From positions 201,874,001-201,938,000 of the forward strand of contig NC_086100.1 of NCBI RefSeq assembly GCF_963921235.1: a stretch of 64,000 nt of DNA, read 5' to 3'. Below the pieces are notes generated by a model. The model was not told where the DNA came from, made no database searches, and saw only the letters and a list, made by a program, of their open reading frames with translations. The DNA comes from Mobula hypostoma. Lineage: Eukaryota. This document shows, one piece after another, positions 15,001-30,000 of this stretch; position 1 is the first letter of the stretch, and every line of letters begins with the position of its first letter. Position numbers and translations under genes: made by a program.

Positions 15001-18000
15001 ACCAGTGATCAAAAGGCAGTGTCCAGTCTCTCATAGAGCGATCCTACCAGTGATCACAAGGCAGTGTCCTCTCTCTCTGATAACAGAGTGATCCCACCAG
15101 TGATCACAAGGCAGTGTCCTCTCTCTGATAACAGAGCGATCCCACCAGTGGTCACTAGGCAGTGTCCTCTCTCTCATAGAGCGATCCCACCAGTGATCAA
15201 AAGGCAGTGTCCTCTCTCTCTGATAACAGAGTGATCCCACCAGTGATCAAAAGGCAGTCCTCTCTCTGATAACGGAGTGATCCCACCAGTGATCAAAAGG
15301 CAGTGTCCTCTCTCTGATAACAGAGCGATCCCACCAGTGATCACAAGGCAGTGTCCTCTCTCTCATAGAGCAATCCCACCAGCGATCACAAGGCAGTCCT
15401 CTCTCTGATAACGGAGTGATCCCACCAGTGATTAAAATGCAGTGTCCTCTCTCTGATAACAGAGTGATCCCACCAGTGATCAAAAGGCAGTGTCCTCTCT
15501 CTCATAGAGCAATCCCACCAGCGATCACAAGGCAGTCCTCTCTCTCATAGAGCAATCCCACCAGTGATCAAAAGGCAGTGTCCTCACTCTGATAACGGAG
15601 TGATCCCACCAGTGATCAAAAGGCAGTGTCCTCTCTCTGATAACAGAGCGATCCCACCAGTGATCAAAAGGCAGTGTCCTCTGTCTGATAACGGAGTGAT
15701 CCCACCAGTGATCAAAAGGCAGTGTCCTCTCTCTCATAGAGCGATCCCGCCAGTGATCACAAGGCAGTGTCCTCTCTCTGATAACAGAGTGATCCTACTA
15801 GTGATCGAAAGGCAGTGTCCTCTGTCTGATAACGGAGTGATCCCACCAGTGATCAGAAGGCAGTGTCCTCTCTCTCATACAGCGATTACAGCAGTGATCA
15901 AAAGACATTGTCCTCTCTCTCTCTGATAACAGAGTGATCCCACCAGTGATCAAAAGGCAGTGTCCTCTCTCTCATAGAGCAATCCCACCAGCGATCACAA
16001 GGCAGTCCTCTCTCTCATAGAGCAATCCCACCAGTGATCAAAAGGCAGTCCTCTCTCTGATAACGGAGTGATCCCACCAGTGATCAAAAGGCAGTGTCCT
16101 CTCTCTGATAACAGAGCGATCCCACCAGTGATCAAAAGGCAGTGTCCTCTCTCTGATAACAGAGCGATCCCACCAGTGATCAAAAGGCAGTGTCCTCTCT
16201 CTCATAGAGCAATCCCACCAGTGATCAAAAGGCAGTGTCCTCGCTCTGATAACGGAGTGATCCCACCAGTGATCAAAAGGCAGTCCTCTCTCTGATAACG
16301 GAGTGATCCCACCAGTGAACAAAAGGCAGTGTTCTCTCTCTGATAACAGAGCGATCCCACCAGTGATCAAAAGGCAGTGTCCTCTCTCTCATAGAGCAAT
16401 CCCACCAGTGATCACAAGGCAGTGTCCTCTCTCTCTGATAACAGAGTGATCCCACCAGTGATCAAAAGGCAGTGTCCTCTCTCTGATAACAGAGTGATCC
16501 CACCAGTGATCAAAAGGCAGTGTCCTCTCTCTGATAACAGAGCGATCCCACCAGTGATCAAAAGGCAGTGTCCTCTCTCTCATAGAGCGATCCCACCAGT
16601 GATCAAAAGGCAGTGTCCTCTCTCTCATAGAGCAATCCCACCAGTGATCAAAAGGCAGTGTCCTCTCTCTGATAACGGAGTGATCCCACCAGTGATCAAA
16701 AGGCAGTGTCCTCTCTCTGATAACAGAGCGATCCCACCAGTGATCAAAAGGCAGTGTCCTCTCTCTGATAACAGAGTGATCCCACCAGTGATCAAAAGGC
16801 AGTGTCCTCTCTCTCATAGAGCAATCCCACCAGTGATCAAAAGGCAGTGTCCTCTCTCTCTGATAACAGAGTGATCCTACCAGTGATCGAAAGGCAGTGT
16901 CCTCTCTCTGAGAACAGAGTGATCCCACCAGTGATCACAAGGCAGTGTCCTCTCCCTCATAGAGCGATTCCAGCAGTGATCAAAAGACATTGTCCTCTCT
17001 CTCTCTGATAACAGAGTGATCCCACCAGTGATCAAAAGGCAGTGTCCTCTCTCTCTGATAACAGAGTGATCCCACCAGTGATCAAAAGGCAGTGTCCTGT
17101 CTCTGATAACAGAGTGATCCCACCAGTGATCAAAAGGCGGTGTCCTCTCTCTGATAACAGAGCGATCCCACCAGCGATCACAAGGCAGTCCTCTCTCTCA
17201 TAGAGCAATCCCACCAGTGATCAAAAGGCAGTGTCCTCTCTCTGATAACGGAGTGATCCCACCAGTGATCGAAAGGCAGTGTCCTCTCTCTGAGAACAGA
17301 GTGATCCCACCAGTGATCACAAGGCAGTGTCCTCTCTCTCATAGAGCAATCCCACCAGCGATCACAAGGCAGTCCTCTCTCTCATAGAGCAATCCCACCA
17401 GTGATCAAAAGGCAGTCCTCTCTCTGATAACGGAGTGATCCCACCAGTGATCAAAAGGCAGTGTCCTCTCTCTGATAACAGAGTGATCCCACCAGTGATC
17501 AAAAGGCAGTGTCCTCTCTCTCATAGAGCAATCCCACCAGCGATCACAAGGCAGTCCTCTCTCTCATAGAGCAATCCCACCAGTGATCAAAAGGCAGTGT
17601 CCTCTCTCTGATAATAGAGCGATCCCACCAGTGATCAAAAGGCAGTGTCCTCTCTCTGATAACAGAGCGATCCCACCAGTGATCAAAAGGCAGTGTCCTC
17701 TCTCTCTGATAACAGAGTGATCCCACCAGTGATCAAAAGGCAGTGTCCTCTCTCTCATAGAGCGATCCCACCAGTGATCACAAGGCAGTGTCCCCTCTCT
17801 CTGATAACAGAGTGATCCCACCAGTGATCACAAGGCAGTGTCCTCTCTCTGATAACAGAGCGATCCCACCAGTGATCAAAAGTTAGTGTCCTCTCTCTCA
17901 TAGAGCGATCCCACCAGTGATCAAAAGGCAGTGTCCTCCCTCTCATAGAGCAATCCCACCAGCGATCACAAGGCAGTCCTCTCTCTCATAGAGCAATCCC

Positions 18001-21000
18001 ACCAGCGATCACAAGGCAGTCCTCTCTCTCATAGAGCAATCCCAGCAGTGATCAAAATGCAGTGTCCTCTCTCTGATAACAGAGCGATCCCACCAGTGAT
18101 CACAAGGCAGTGTCCTCTCTCTCATAGAGCGATTCCACCAGTGATCAAAAGACATTGTCCTCTCTCTCTCTGATAACAGAGTGATCCCACCAGTGATCAA
18201 AAGGCAGTGTCCTCTCTCTGATAACAGAGCGATCCCACCAGTGATCAAAAGGCAGTGTCCTCTCTCTCATAGAGCAATCCCACCAGCGATCACAAGGCAG
18301 TCCTCTCTCTCATAGAGCAATCCGACCAGTGATCAAAAGGCAGTGTCCTCGCTCTGATAACGGAGTAATCCCACCAGTGCTCAAAAGGCAGTGTCCTCTC
18401 TCTGATAACAGAGCGATCCCACCAGTTATCAAAAGGCAGTGTCCTCTCTCTCATAGAGCAATCCCACCAGCGATCACAAGACAGTCCTCTCTCTCATAGA
18501 GCAATCCCACCAGTGATCAAAAGGCAGTGTCCTCTCTCTGATAACAGAGCGATCCCACCAGTGATCACAAGGCGGTGTCCTCTCTCTCATAGAGCGATTC
18601 CACCAGTGATCAAAAGACATTGTCCTCTCTCTCTCTGATAACAGAGTGATCCCACCTAGTGATCAAAAGGCAGTGTCCTCTCTCTCATAGAGCAATCCCA
18701 CCAGCGATCACAAGGCAGTCCTCTCTCTCATTGAGCAATCCTACCAGTGATCAAAAGGCAGTGTCCTATCTCTGATAACAGAGCGATCCCACCAGTGATC
18801 AAAAGGCAGTCCTCTCTCTGATAACGGAGTGATCCCACCAGTAATCAAAAGGCAGTGTCCTCTCTCTGATAACAGAGCGATCCCACCAGTGATCACAAGG
18901 CAGTGTTATCTCTCTCATAGAGCAATCCCACCAGCGATCACAAGGCAGTCCTCTCTCTGATAACGGAGTGATCCCACCAGTGATTAAAATGCAGTGTCTT
19001 CTCTCTGATAACAGAGTGATCCCACCAGTGATCAAAAGGCAGTGTCCTCTCTCTCATAGAGCAATCCCACCAGCGATCACAAGGCAGTCCTCTCTCTCAT
19101 AGAGCGATCCCACCAGTGATCACAAGGCAGTGTCCTCTCTCTCATAGGGCGATCCCACCAGTGATCAAAAGGCAGTGTCCTCTCTCTCATAACAGAGTGA
19201 TCCCACCAGTGATCAAAAGGCAGTGTCCTCTCTCTGATAACAGAGCGATCCCACCAGTGGTCACAAGGCAGTGTCCTCTCTCTCATAGAGCGATCCCACC
19301 AGTGATCAAAAGGCAGTGTCCTCTCTCTTTAATAACAGAGTGATCCCACCAGTGATCAAAAGGCAGTGTCCTCTGTCTCTGATAACAGAGTGATCCCACC
19401 AGTTATCAAAAGTCAGTATCCGCTCTCTCATCGAGCAATCCCACCAGCGATCACAAGGCAGTCCTCTCTCTCATAGAGCAATCCCACCAGTGATCAAAAG
19501 GCAGTGTCCTCTCTCTGATAACCGAGCGATCCCACCAGTGATCACAAGGCAGTGTCCTCTCTCTCATAGAGCAAGCCCACCAGCGATCACAAGGCAGTCC
19601 TCTCTCTCATAGTGCAATCCCACCAGTGATCAAAAGGCAGTGTCCTCTCTCTGATAACAGAGCGATCCCACCAGTGATCAAAAGGCAGTCCTCTTTCTGA
19701 TAACGGAGTGATCCCACCAGTGATCAAAAGGCAGTGTCCTCTCTCTGATAACAGAGCGATCCCACCAGTGATCAAAAGGCAGTGTCCTCTCTCTCATAGA
19801 GCAATCCCACCAGCGATCACAAGGCAGTCCTCTCTCTCATAGAGCAATCCCACCAGTGATCAAAAGGCAGTGTCCTCGCTCTGATAATGGAGTGATCCCA
19901 CCAGTGATCAAAAGGCAGTGTCCTCTCTCTGATAATAGAGCGATCCCAGCAGTGATCAAAAAGCATTGTCCTCTCTCTGATAACAGAGCGATCCCACCAG
20001 TGATCACAAGGCAGTGTCCTCTCTCTCTGATAACAGAGTGATCCCACCAGTGATCAAAAGGCAGTGTCCTCTCTCTCATAGAGCAATCCCACCAGTGATC
20101 AAAAGGCAGTGTCTTCTCTCTCTGATAACAGAGTGAACCTACCAGTGATCGAAAGGCAGTGTCCTCTCTCTGAGAACAGAGTGATCCCACCAGTGGTCAC
20201 AAGGCAGTGTCCTCTCTCTCACATTGAGCGATCCCACCAGTGATCAGAAGGCAGTGTCCTCTCTCTCTGATAACAGAGTGATCCCACCAGTGATCAAAAG
20301 GCAGTGTCCAGTCTCTCATAGAGCGATCCTACCAGTGATCACAAGGCAGTGTCCTCTCTCTCTGATAACAGAGTGATCCCACCAGTGATCACAAGGCAGT
20401 GTCCTCTCTCTGATAACAGAGCGATCCCACCAGTGGTCACTAGGCAGTGTCCTCTCTCTCATAGAGCGATCCCACCAGTGATCAAAAGGCAGTGTCCTCT
20501 CTCTCTGATAACAGAGTGATCCCACCAGTGATCAAAAGTTAGTGTCCTCTCTCTCATCGAGAGATCCCACCAGTGATCAAAAAGCAGTGTCCTCTCTCTC
20601 ATAGAGCAATCCCACCAGCGATCACAAGGCAGTCCTCTCTCTCATAGAGCAATCCCACCAGCGATCACAAGGCAGTCCTCTCTCTCATAGAGCAATCCCA
20701 GCAGTGATCAAAAGGCAGTGTCCTCTCTCTGATAACAGAGCGATCCCACCAGTGATCACAAGGCAGTGTCCTCTCTCTCATAGAGCGATTCCACCAGTGA
20801 TCAAAAGACATTGTCCTCTCTCTCTCTGATAACAGAGTGATCCCACCAGTGATCAAAAGGCAGTGTCCTCTCTCTCATAGAGCAATCCCACCAGCGATCA
20901 CAAGGCAGTACTCTCTCTCATAGAGCAATCCCACCAGAGATCAAAAGGCAGTCCTCTCTCTGATAACGGAGTGATCCCACCAGTGATCAAAAGGCAGTGT

Positions 21001-24000
21001 CCTCTCTCTCATAGAGCAATCCCACCAGCGATCACAAGGCAGTCCTCTCTCTCATAGAGCAATCCCACCAGTGATCAAAAGGCAGTGTCCTCTCTCTGAG
21101 AACAGAGTGATCCCACCAGTGATCACAAGGCAGTGTCCTCTCTCTCATAGAGCGATTCCAGCAGTGATCAAAAGACATTGTCCTCTCTCTCTCTCTGATA
21201 ACAGAGTGATCCCACCAGTGATCAAAAGGCAGTGTCCTCTCTCTCATAGAGCAATCCCACCAGCGATCACAAGGCAGTCCTCTCTCTCATAGAGCAATCC
21301 CAACAGTGATCAAAAGGCTGTCCTCTCTCTGGTAACGGAGTGATCCCACCAGTGATCAAAAGGCAGTGTCCTCTCTCTGATAACAGAGCGATCCCACCAG
21401 TGATCAAAAGGCAGTGTCCTCTCTCTCATAGAGCAATCCCACCAGCGATCACAAGGCAGTCCTCTCTCTCATAGAGCAATCCCACCAGTGATCACAAGGC
21501 AGTGTCCTCTCTCTCATAGGGCAATCCCACAAGTGATCAAAAGACATTGTCCTCTCTCTCTCTGATAACAGAGCGATCCCACCAGAGATCAAAAGGCAGT
21601 GTCCTCACTGAAAACAGAGCGATCCCACCAGTGATCAAAAGGCAGTGTCCTCTCTCTCATAGAGCAATCCCACCAGCGATCACAAGGCAGCCCTCTCTCT
21701 GATAGAGCAATCCCACCAGTGATCAGAAGGCAGTGTCCTCGCTCTGATAACGGAGTGATCCCACCAGTGATCAAAAGGCAGTGTCCTCTCTCTCATAGAT
21801 TAATCCCACCAGCGATCACAAGGCAGTCCTCTCTCTCATAGAGCAATCCCACCAGTGATCAAAAGGCAGTGTCCTCGCTCTGATAATGGAGTGATCCCAC
21901 CAGTGATCAAAAGGCAGTGTCCTCTCTCTGATAATAGAGCGATCCCAGCAGTGATCAAAAAGCATTGTCCTCTCTCTGATAACAGAGCGATCCCACCAGT
22001 GATCACAAGGCAGTGTCCTCTCTCTCTGATAACAGAGTGATCCCACCAGTGATCAAAAGGCAGTGTCCTCTCTCTCATAGAGCAATCCCACCAGTGATCA
22101 AAAGGCAGTGTCTTCTCTCTCTGATAACAGAGTGAACCTACCAGTGATCGAAAGGCAGTGTCCTCTCTCTGAGAACAGAGTGATCCCACCAGTGGTCACA
22201 AGGCAGTGTCCTCTCTCTCACATTGAGCGATCCCACCAGTGATCAGAAGGCAGTGTCCTCTCTCTCTGATAACAGAGTGATCCCACCAGTGATCAAAAGG
22301 CAGTGTCCAGTCTCTCATAGAGCGATCCTACCAGTGATCACAAGGCAGTGTCCTCTCTCTCTGATAACAGAGTGATCCCACCAGTGATCACAAGGCAGTG
22401 TCCTCTCTCTGATAACAGAGCGATCCCACCAGTGGTCACTAGGCAGTGTCCTCTCTCTCATAGAGCGATCCCACCAGTGATCAAAAGGCAGTGTCCTCTC
22501 TCTCTGATAACAGAGTGATCCCACCAGTGATCAAAAGTTAGTGTCCTCTCTCTCATCGAGAGATCCCACCAGTGATCAAAAAGCGGTGTCCTCTCTGTCA
22601 TAGAGCAATCCCACCAGCGATCACAAGGCAGTCCTCTCTCTCATAGAGCAATCCCACCAGCGATCACAAGGCAGTCCTCTCTCTCATAGAGCAATCCCAG
22701 CAGTGATCAAAAGGCAGTGTCCTCTCTCTGATAACAGAGCGATCCCACCAGTGATCACAAGGCAGTGTCCTCTCTCTCATAGAGCGATTCCACCAGTGAT
22801 CAAAAGACATTGTCCTCTCTCTCTCTGATAACAGAGTGATCCCACCAGTGATCAAAAGGCAGTGTCCTCTCTCTCATAGAGCAATCCCACCAGCGATCAC
22901 AAGGCAGTACTCTCTCTCATAGAGCAATCCCACCAGAGATCAAAAGGCAGTCCTCTCTCTGATAACGGAGTGATCCCACCAGTGATCAAAAGGCAGTGTC
23001 CTCTCTCTGATAACAGAGCGATCCCACCAGTGATCAAAAGGCAGTGTCCTCTCTCTCATAGAGCAATCCCACCAGCGATCACAAGGCAGTCCTCTCTCTC
23101 ATAGAGCAATCCCACCAGTGATCACAAGGCAGTGTCCTCTCTCTCATAGGGCAATCCCACAAGTGATCAAAAGACATTGTCCTCTCTCTCTCTGATAATA
23201 GAGCGATCCCACCAGAGATCAAAAGGCAGTGTCCTCACTGAAAACAGAGCGATCCCACCAGTGATCAAAAGGCAGTGTCCTCTCTCTCATAGAGCAATCC
23301 CACCAGCGATCACAAGGCAGCCCTCTCTCTGATAGAGCAATCCCACCAGTGATCAGAAGGCAGTGTCCTCGCTCTGATAACGGAGTGATCCCACCAGTGA
23401 TCAAAAGGCAGTGTCCTTTCTCTGATAACAGAGCGATCCCACCAGTGATCAAAAGGCAGTGTCCTCTCTCTCATAGAGCAATCCCACCAGCGATCACAAG
23501 GCAGTCCTCTCTCTCATAGAGCAATCCCACCAGTGATCAAAAGGCAGTGTCCTCGCTCTGATAACGGAGTGATCCCACCAGTGATCAAAAGGCAGTGTCC
23601 TCTCTCTGATAACAGAGCGATCCCACCAGTGATCAAAAGGCAGTGTCCTCTGTCTGATAACAGAGTGATCCCACCAGTGATCAAAAGGCAGTGTCCTCTC
23701 TCTCATAGAGCGATCCCACCAGTGATCACAAGGCAGTGTCCTCTCTCTGATAAGAGTGATCCTACTAGTGATTGAAAGGCAGTGTCCTCTCTCTGAGAAC
23801 AGAGTGATCCCACCAGTGATCACAAGGCAGTGTCCTCTCTCTCATCGAGCAATCCCACCAGCGATCACAAGGCAGTCCTCTCTCTCATAGAGCGATCCCA
23901 CCAGTGATCAAAAGGCAGTGTCCTCTCTCTCTGATAACAGAGTGATCCCACCAGTGATCAAAAGTTAGTGTCCTCTCTCTCATCGAGAGATCCCACCAGT

Positions 24001-27000
24001 GATCAAAAAGCAGTGTCCTCTCTCTCATAGAGCAATCCCACCAGCGATCACAAGGCAGTCCTCTCTCTCATAGAGCAATCCCACCAGCGATCACAAGGCA
24101 GTCCTCTCTCTCATAGAGCAATCCCAGCAGTGATCAAAAGGCAGTGTCCTCTCTCTGATAACAGAGCGATCCCACCAGTGATCACAAGGCAGTGTCCTCT
24201 CTCTCATAGAGCGATTCCACCAGTGATCAAAAGACATTGTCCTCTCTCTCTCTGATAACAGAGTGATCCCACCAGTGATCAAAAGGCAGTGTCCTCTCTC
24301 TCATAGAGCAATCCCACCAGCGATCACAAGGCAGTCCTCTCTCTCATAGAGCAATCCCACCAGTGATCAAAAGGCAGTGTCCTCTCTCTGAGAACAGAGT
24401 GATCCCACCAGTGATCACAAGGCAGTGTCCTCTCTCTCATAGAGCGATTCCAGCAGTGATCAAAAGACATTGTCCTCTCTCTCTCAACGACAACAGAGTG
24501 ATCCCACCAGTGATCAAAAGGCAGTGTCCTCCCTCTCATAGAGCAATCCCACCAGTGATCACAAGGCAGTCCTCTCTCTCATAGAGCAATCCCACCAGCG
24601 ATCACAAGGCTGTCCTCTCTCTCATAGAGCAATCCCAGCAGTGATCAAAATGCAGTGTCCTCTCTCTGATAACAGAGCGATCCCACCAGTGATCACAAGG
24701 CAGTGTCCTCTCTCTCATAGAGCGATTCCACCAGTGATCAAAAGACATTGTCCTCTCTCTCTCTGATAACAGAGTGATCCCACCAGTGATCAAAAGGCAG
24801 TGTCCTCTCTCTGATAACAGAGCGATCCCACCAGTGATCAAAAGGCAGTGTCCTCTCTCTCATAGAGCAATCCCACCAGCGATCACAAGGCAGTCCTCTC
24901 TCTCATAGAGCAATCCGACCAGTGATCAAAAGGCAGTGTCCTCGCTCTGATAACGGAGTAATCCCACCAGTGCTCAAAAGGCAGTGTCCTCTCTCTGATA
25001 ACAGAGCGATCCCACCAGTTATCAAAAGGCAGTGTCCTCTCTCTCATAGAGCAATCCCACCAGCGATCACAAGACAGTCCTCTCTCTCATAGAGCAATCC
25101 CACCAGTGATCAAAAGGCAGTGTCCTCTCTCTGATAACAGAGCGATCCCACCAGTGATCACAAGGCGGTGTCCTCTCTCTCATAGAGCGATTCCACCAGT
25201 GATCAAAAGACATTGTCCTCTCTCTCTCTGATAACAGAGTGATCCCACCTAGTGATCAAAAGGCAGTGTCCTCTCTCTCATAGAGCAATCCCACCAGCGA
25301 TCACAAGGCAGTCCTCTCTCTCATTGAGCAATCCTACCAGTGATCAAAAGGCAGTGTCCTATCTCTGATAACAGAGCGATCCCACCAGTGATCAAAAGGC
25401 AGTCCTCTCTCTGATAACGGAGTGATCCCACCAGTGATCAAAAGGCAGTGTCCTCTCTCTGATAACAGAGCGATCCCACCAGTGATCACAAGGCAGTGTT
25501 ATCTCTCTCATAGAGCAATCCCACCAGCGATCACAAGGCAGTCCTCTCTCTGATAACGGAGTGATCCCACCAGTGATTAAAATGCAGTGTCTTCTCTCTG
25601 ATAACAGAGTGATCCCACCAGTGATCAAAAGGCAGTGTCCTCTCTCTCATAGAGCAATCCCACCAGCGATCAGAAGGCAGTCCTCTCTCTCATAGAGCGA
25701 TCCCACCAGTGATCACAAGGCAGTGTCCTCTCTCTCATAGGGCGATCCCACCAGTGATCAAAAGGCAGTGTCCTCTCTCTCATAGAGCGATCCCACCAGT
25801 GATCAAAAGGCAGTGTCCTCTCTCTGATAACAGAGCGATCCCACCAGTGGTCACAAGGCAGTGTCCTCTCTCTCATAGAGCGATCCCACCAGTGATCAAA
25901 AGGCAGTGTCCTCTCTCTTTAATAACAGAGTGATCCCACCAGTGATCAAAAGGCAGTGTCCTCTGTCTCTGATAACAGAGTGATCCCACCAGTTATCAAA
26001 AGTCAGTATCCGCTCTCTCATCGAGCAATCCCACCAGCGATCACAAGGCAGTCCTCTCTCTCATAGAGCAATCCCACCAGTGATCAAAAGGCAGTGTCCT
26101 CTCTCTGGTAACCGAGCGATCCCACCAGTGATCACAAGGCAGTGTCCTCTCTCTCATAGAGCAAGCCCACCAGCGATCACAAGGCAGTCCTCTCTCTCAT
26201 AGTGCAATCCCACCAGTGATCAAAAGGCAGTGTCCTCTCTCTGATAACAGAGCGATCCCACCAGTGATCAAAAGGCAGTCCTCTTTCTGATAACGGAGTG
26301 ATCCCACCAGTGATCAAAAGGCAGTGTCCTCTCTCTGATAACAGAGCGATCCCACCAGTGATCAAAAGGCAGTGTCCTCTCTCTCATAGAGCAATCCCAC
26401 CAGCGATCACAAGGCAGTCCTCTCTCTCATAGAGCAATCCCACCAGTGATCAAAAGGCAGTGTCCTCGCTCTGATAATGGAGTGATCCCACCAGTGATCA
26501 AAAGGCAGTGTCCTCTCTCTGATAATAGAGCGATCCCAGCAGTGATCAAAAAGCATTGTCCTCTCTCTGATAACAGAGCGATCCCACCAGTGATCACAAG
26601 GCAGTGTCCTCTCTCTCTGATAACAGAGTGATCCCACCAGTGATCAAAAGGCAGTGTCCTCTCTCTCATAGAGCAATCCCACCAGTGATCAAAAGGCAGT
26701 GTCTTCTCTCTCTGATAACAGAGTGAACCTACCAGTGATCGAAAGGCAGTGTCCTCTCTCTGAGAACAGAGTGATCCCACCAGTGGTCACAAGGCAGTGT
26801 CCTCTCTCTCACATTGAGCGATCCCACCAGTGATCAGAAGGCAGTGTCCTCTCTCTCTGATAACAGAGTGATCCCACCAGTGATCAAAAGGCAGTGTCCA
26901 GTCTCTCATAGAGCGATCCTACCAGTGATCACAAGGCAGTGTCCTCTCTCTCTGATAACAGAGTGATCCCACCAGTGATCACAAGGCAGTCCTCTCTCTC

Positions 27001-30000
27001 ATAGAGCAATCCCACCAGCGATCACAAGGCAGTCCTCTCTCTCATAGAGCAATCCCAGCAGTGATCAAAAGGCAGTGTCCTCTCTCTGATAACAGAGCGA
27101 TCCCACCAGTGATCACAAGGCAGTGTCCTCTCTCTCATAGAGCGATTCCACCAGTGATCAAAAGACATTGTCCTCTCTCTCTCTGATAACAGAGTGATCC
27201 CACCAGTGATCAAAAGGCAGTGTCCTCTCTCTCATAGAGCAATCCCACCAGCGATCACAAGGCAGTACTCTCTCTCATAGAGCAATCCCACCAGAGATCA
27301 AAAGGCAGTCCTCTCTCTGATAACGGAGTGATCCCACCAGTGATCAAAAGGCAGTGTCCTCTCTCTGATAACAGAGCGATCCCACCAGTGATCAAAAGGC
27401 AGTGTCCTCTCTCTCATAGAGCAATCCCACCAGCGATCACAAGGCAGTCCTCTCTCTCATAGAGCAATCCCACCAGTGATCACAAGGCAGTGTCCTCTCT
27501 CTCATAGGGCAATCCCACAAGTGATCAAAAGACATTGTCCTCTCTCTCTCTGATAACAGAGCGATCCCACCAGAGATCAAAAGGCAGTGTCCTCACTGAA
27601 AACAGAGCGATCCCACCAGTGATCAAAAGGCAGTGTCCTCTCTCTCATAGAGCAATCCCACCAGCGATCACAAGGCAGCCCTCTCTCTGATAGAGCAATC
27701 CCACCAGTGATCAGAAGGCAGTGTCCTCGCTCTGATAACGGAGTGATCCCACCAGTGATCAAAAGGCAGTGTCCTTTCTCTGATAACAGAGCGATCCCAC
27801 CAGTGATCAAAAGGCAGTGTCCTCTCTCTCATAGAGCAATCCCACCAGCGATCACAAGGCAGTCCTCTCTCTCATAGAGCAATCCCACCAGTGATCAAAA
27901 GGCAGTGTCCTCGCTCTGATAACGGAGTGATCCCACCAGTGATCAAAAGGCAGTGTCCTCTCTCTGATAACAGAGCGATCCCACCAGTGATCAAAAGGCA
28001 GTGTCCTCTGTCTGATAACAGAGTGATCCCACCAGTGATCAAAAGGCAGTGTCCTCTCTCTCATAGAGCGATCCCACCAGTGATCACAAGCCAGTGTCCT
28101 CTCTCTGATAAGAGTGATCCTACTAGTGATTGAAAGGCAGTGTCCTCTCTCTGAGAACAGAGTGATCCCACCAGTGATCACAAGGCAGTGTCCTCTCTCT
28201 CATAGAGCAATCCCACCAGCGATCACAAGGCAGTCCTCTCTCTCATAGAGCAATCCCACCAGTGATCAAAAGGCAGTCCTCTCTCTGATAACGGAGTGAT
28301 CCCACCAGTGATCAAAAGGCAGTGTCCTCTCTCTGATAACAGAGCGATCCCACCAGTGATCAAAAGGCAGTGTCCTCTGTCTCATAGAGCAATCCCACCA
28401 GCGATCACAAGGCAGTCCTCTCTCTCATAGAGCAATCCCACCAGTGATCAAAAGGCAGTGTCCTCGCTCTGATAACGGAGTGATCCCACCAGTGATCAAA
28501 AGGCAGTGTCCTCTCTCTGATAACAGAGCGATCCCACCAGTGATCAAAAGGCAGTGTCCTCTGTCTGATAACAGAGCGATCCCACCAGTGATCAAAAGGC
28601 AGTGTCCTCTCTCTCTGATAACAGAGTGATCCCACCAGTGATCAAAAGGCAGTGTCCTCTCTCTCATAGAGCGATCCCACCAGTGATCACAAGGCAGTGT
28701 CCCCTCTCTCTGATAACAGAGTGATCCCACCAGTGATCACAAGGCAGTGTCCTCTCTCTGATAACAGAGCGATCCCACCAGCGATCAAAAGTTAGTGTCC
28801 TCTCTCTCATAGAGCGATCCCACCAGTGATCAAAAGGCAGTGTCCTCCCTCTCATAGAGCAATCCCACCAGCGATCACAAGGCAGTGCTCTCTCTCATAG
28901 AGCAATCCAACCAGTGATCACAAGGCAGTCCTCTCTCTCATAGAGCAATCCCAGCAGTGATCAAAAGGCAGTGTCCTCTCTCTGATAACAGAGCGATCCC
29001 ACCAGTGATCACAAGGCAGTGTCCTCTCTCTCATAGAGCGATTCCACCAGTGATCAAAAGACATTGTCCTCTCTCTCTCTGATAACAGAGTGATCCCACC
29101 AGTGATCAAAAGGCAGTGTCCTCTCTCTGATAACAGAACGATCCCACCAGTGATCAAAAGGCAGTGTCCTCTCTCTCATAGAGCAATCCCACCAGCGATC
29201 ACAAGGCAGTCCTCTCTCTCATAGAGCAATCCGACCAGTCATCAAAAGGCAGTGTCCTCGCTCTGATAACGGAGTAATCCCACCAGTGATCAAAAGGCAG
29301 TGTCCTCTCTCTGATAATAGAGCGATCCCACCAGTTATCAAAAGGCAGTGTCCTCTCTCTCATAGAGCAATCCCACCAGCGATCACAAGACAGTCCTCTC
29401 TCTCATAGAGCAATCCCACCAGTGATCAAAAGGCAGTGTCCTCTCTCTGATAACAGAGCGATCCCACCAGTGATCAAAAGGCAGTGTCCTCTCTCTCATA
29501 GAGCAATCCCACCAGCGATCACAAGGCAGTCCTCTCTCTCTCTGATAACAGAGTGATCCCACCTAGTGATCAAAAGGCAGTGTCCTCTCTCTCATAGAGC
29601 AATCCCACCAGCGATCACAAGGCAGTCCTCTCTCTCATTGAGCAATCCTACCAGTGATCAAAAGGCAGTGTCCTATCTCTGATAACAGAGCGATCCCACC
29701 AGTGATCAAAAGGCAGTCCTCTCTCTGATAACGGAGTGATCCCACCAGTGATCAAAAGGCAGTGTCCTCTCTCTGATAACAGAGCGATCCCACCAGTGAT
29801 CACAAGGCAGTGTCCTCTCTCTCATAGAGCAATCCCACCAGCGATCACAAGGCAGTCCTCTCTCTGATAACGGAGTGATCCCACCAGTGATTAAAATGCA
29901 GTGTCCTCTCTCTGATAACAGAGTGATCCCACCAGTGATCAAAAGGCAGTGTCCTCTCTCTCATAGAGCAATCCCACCAGCGATCACAAGGCAGTCCTCT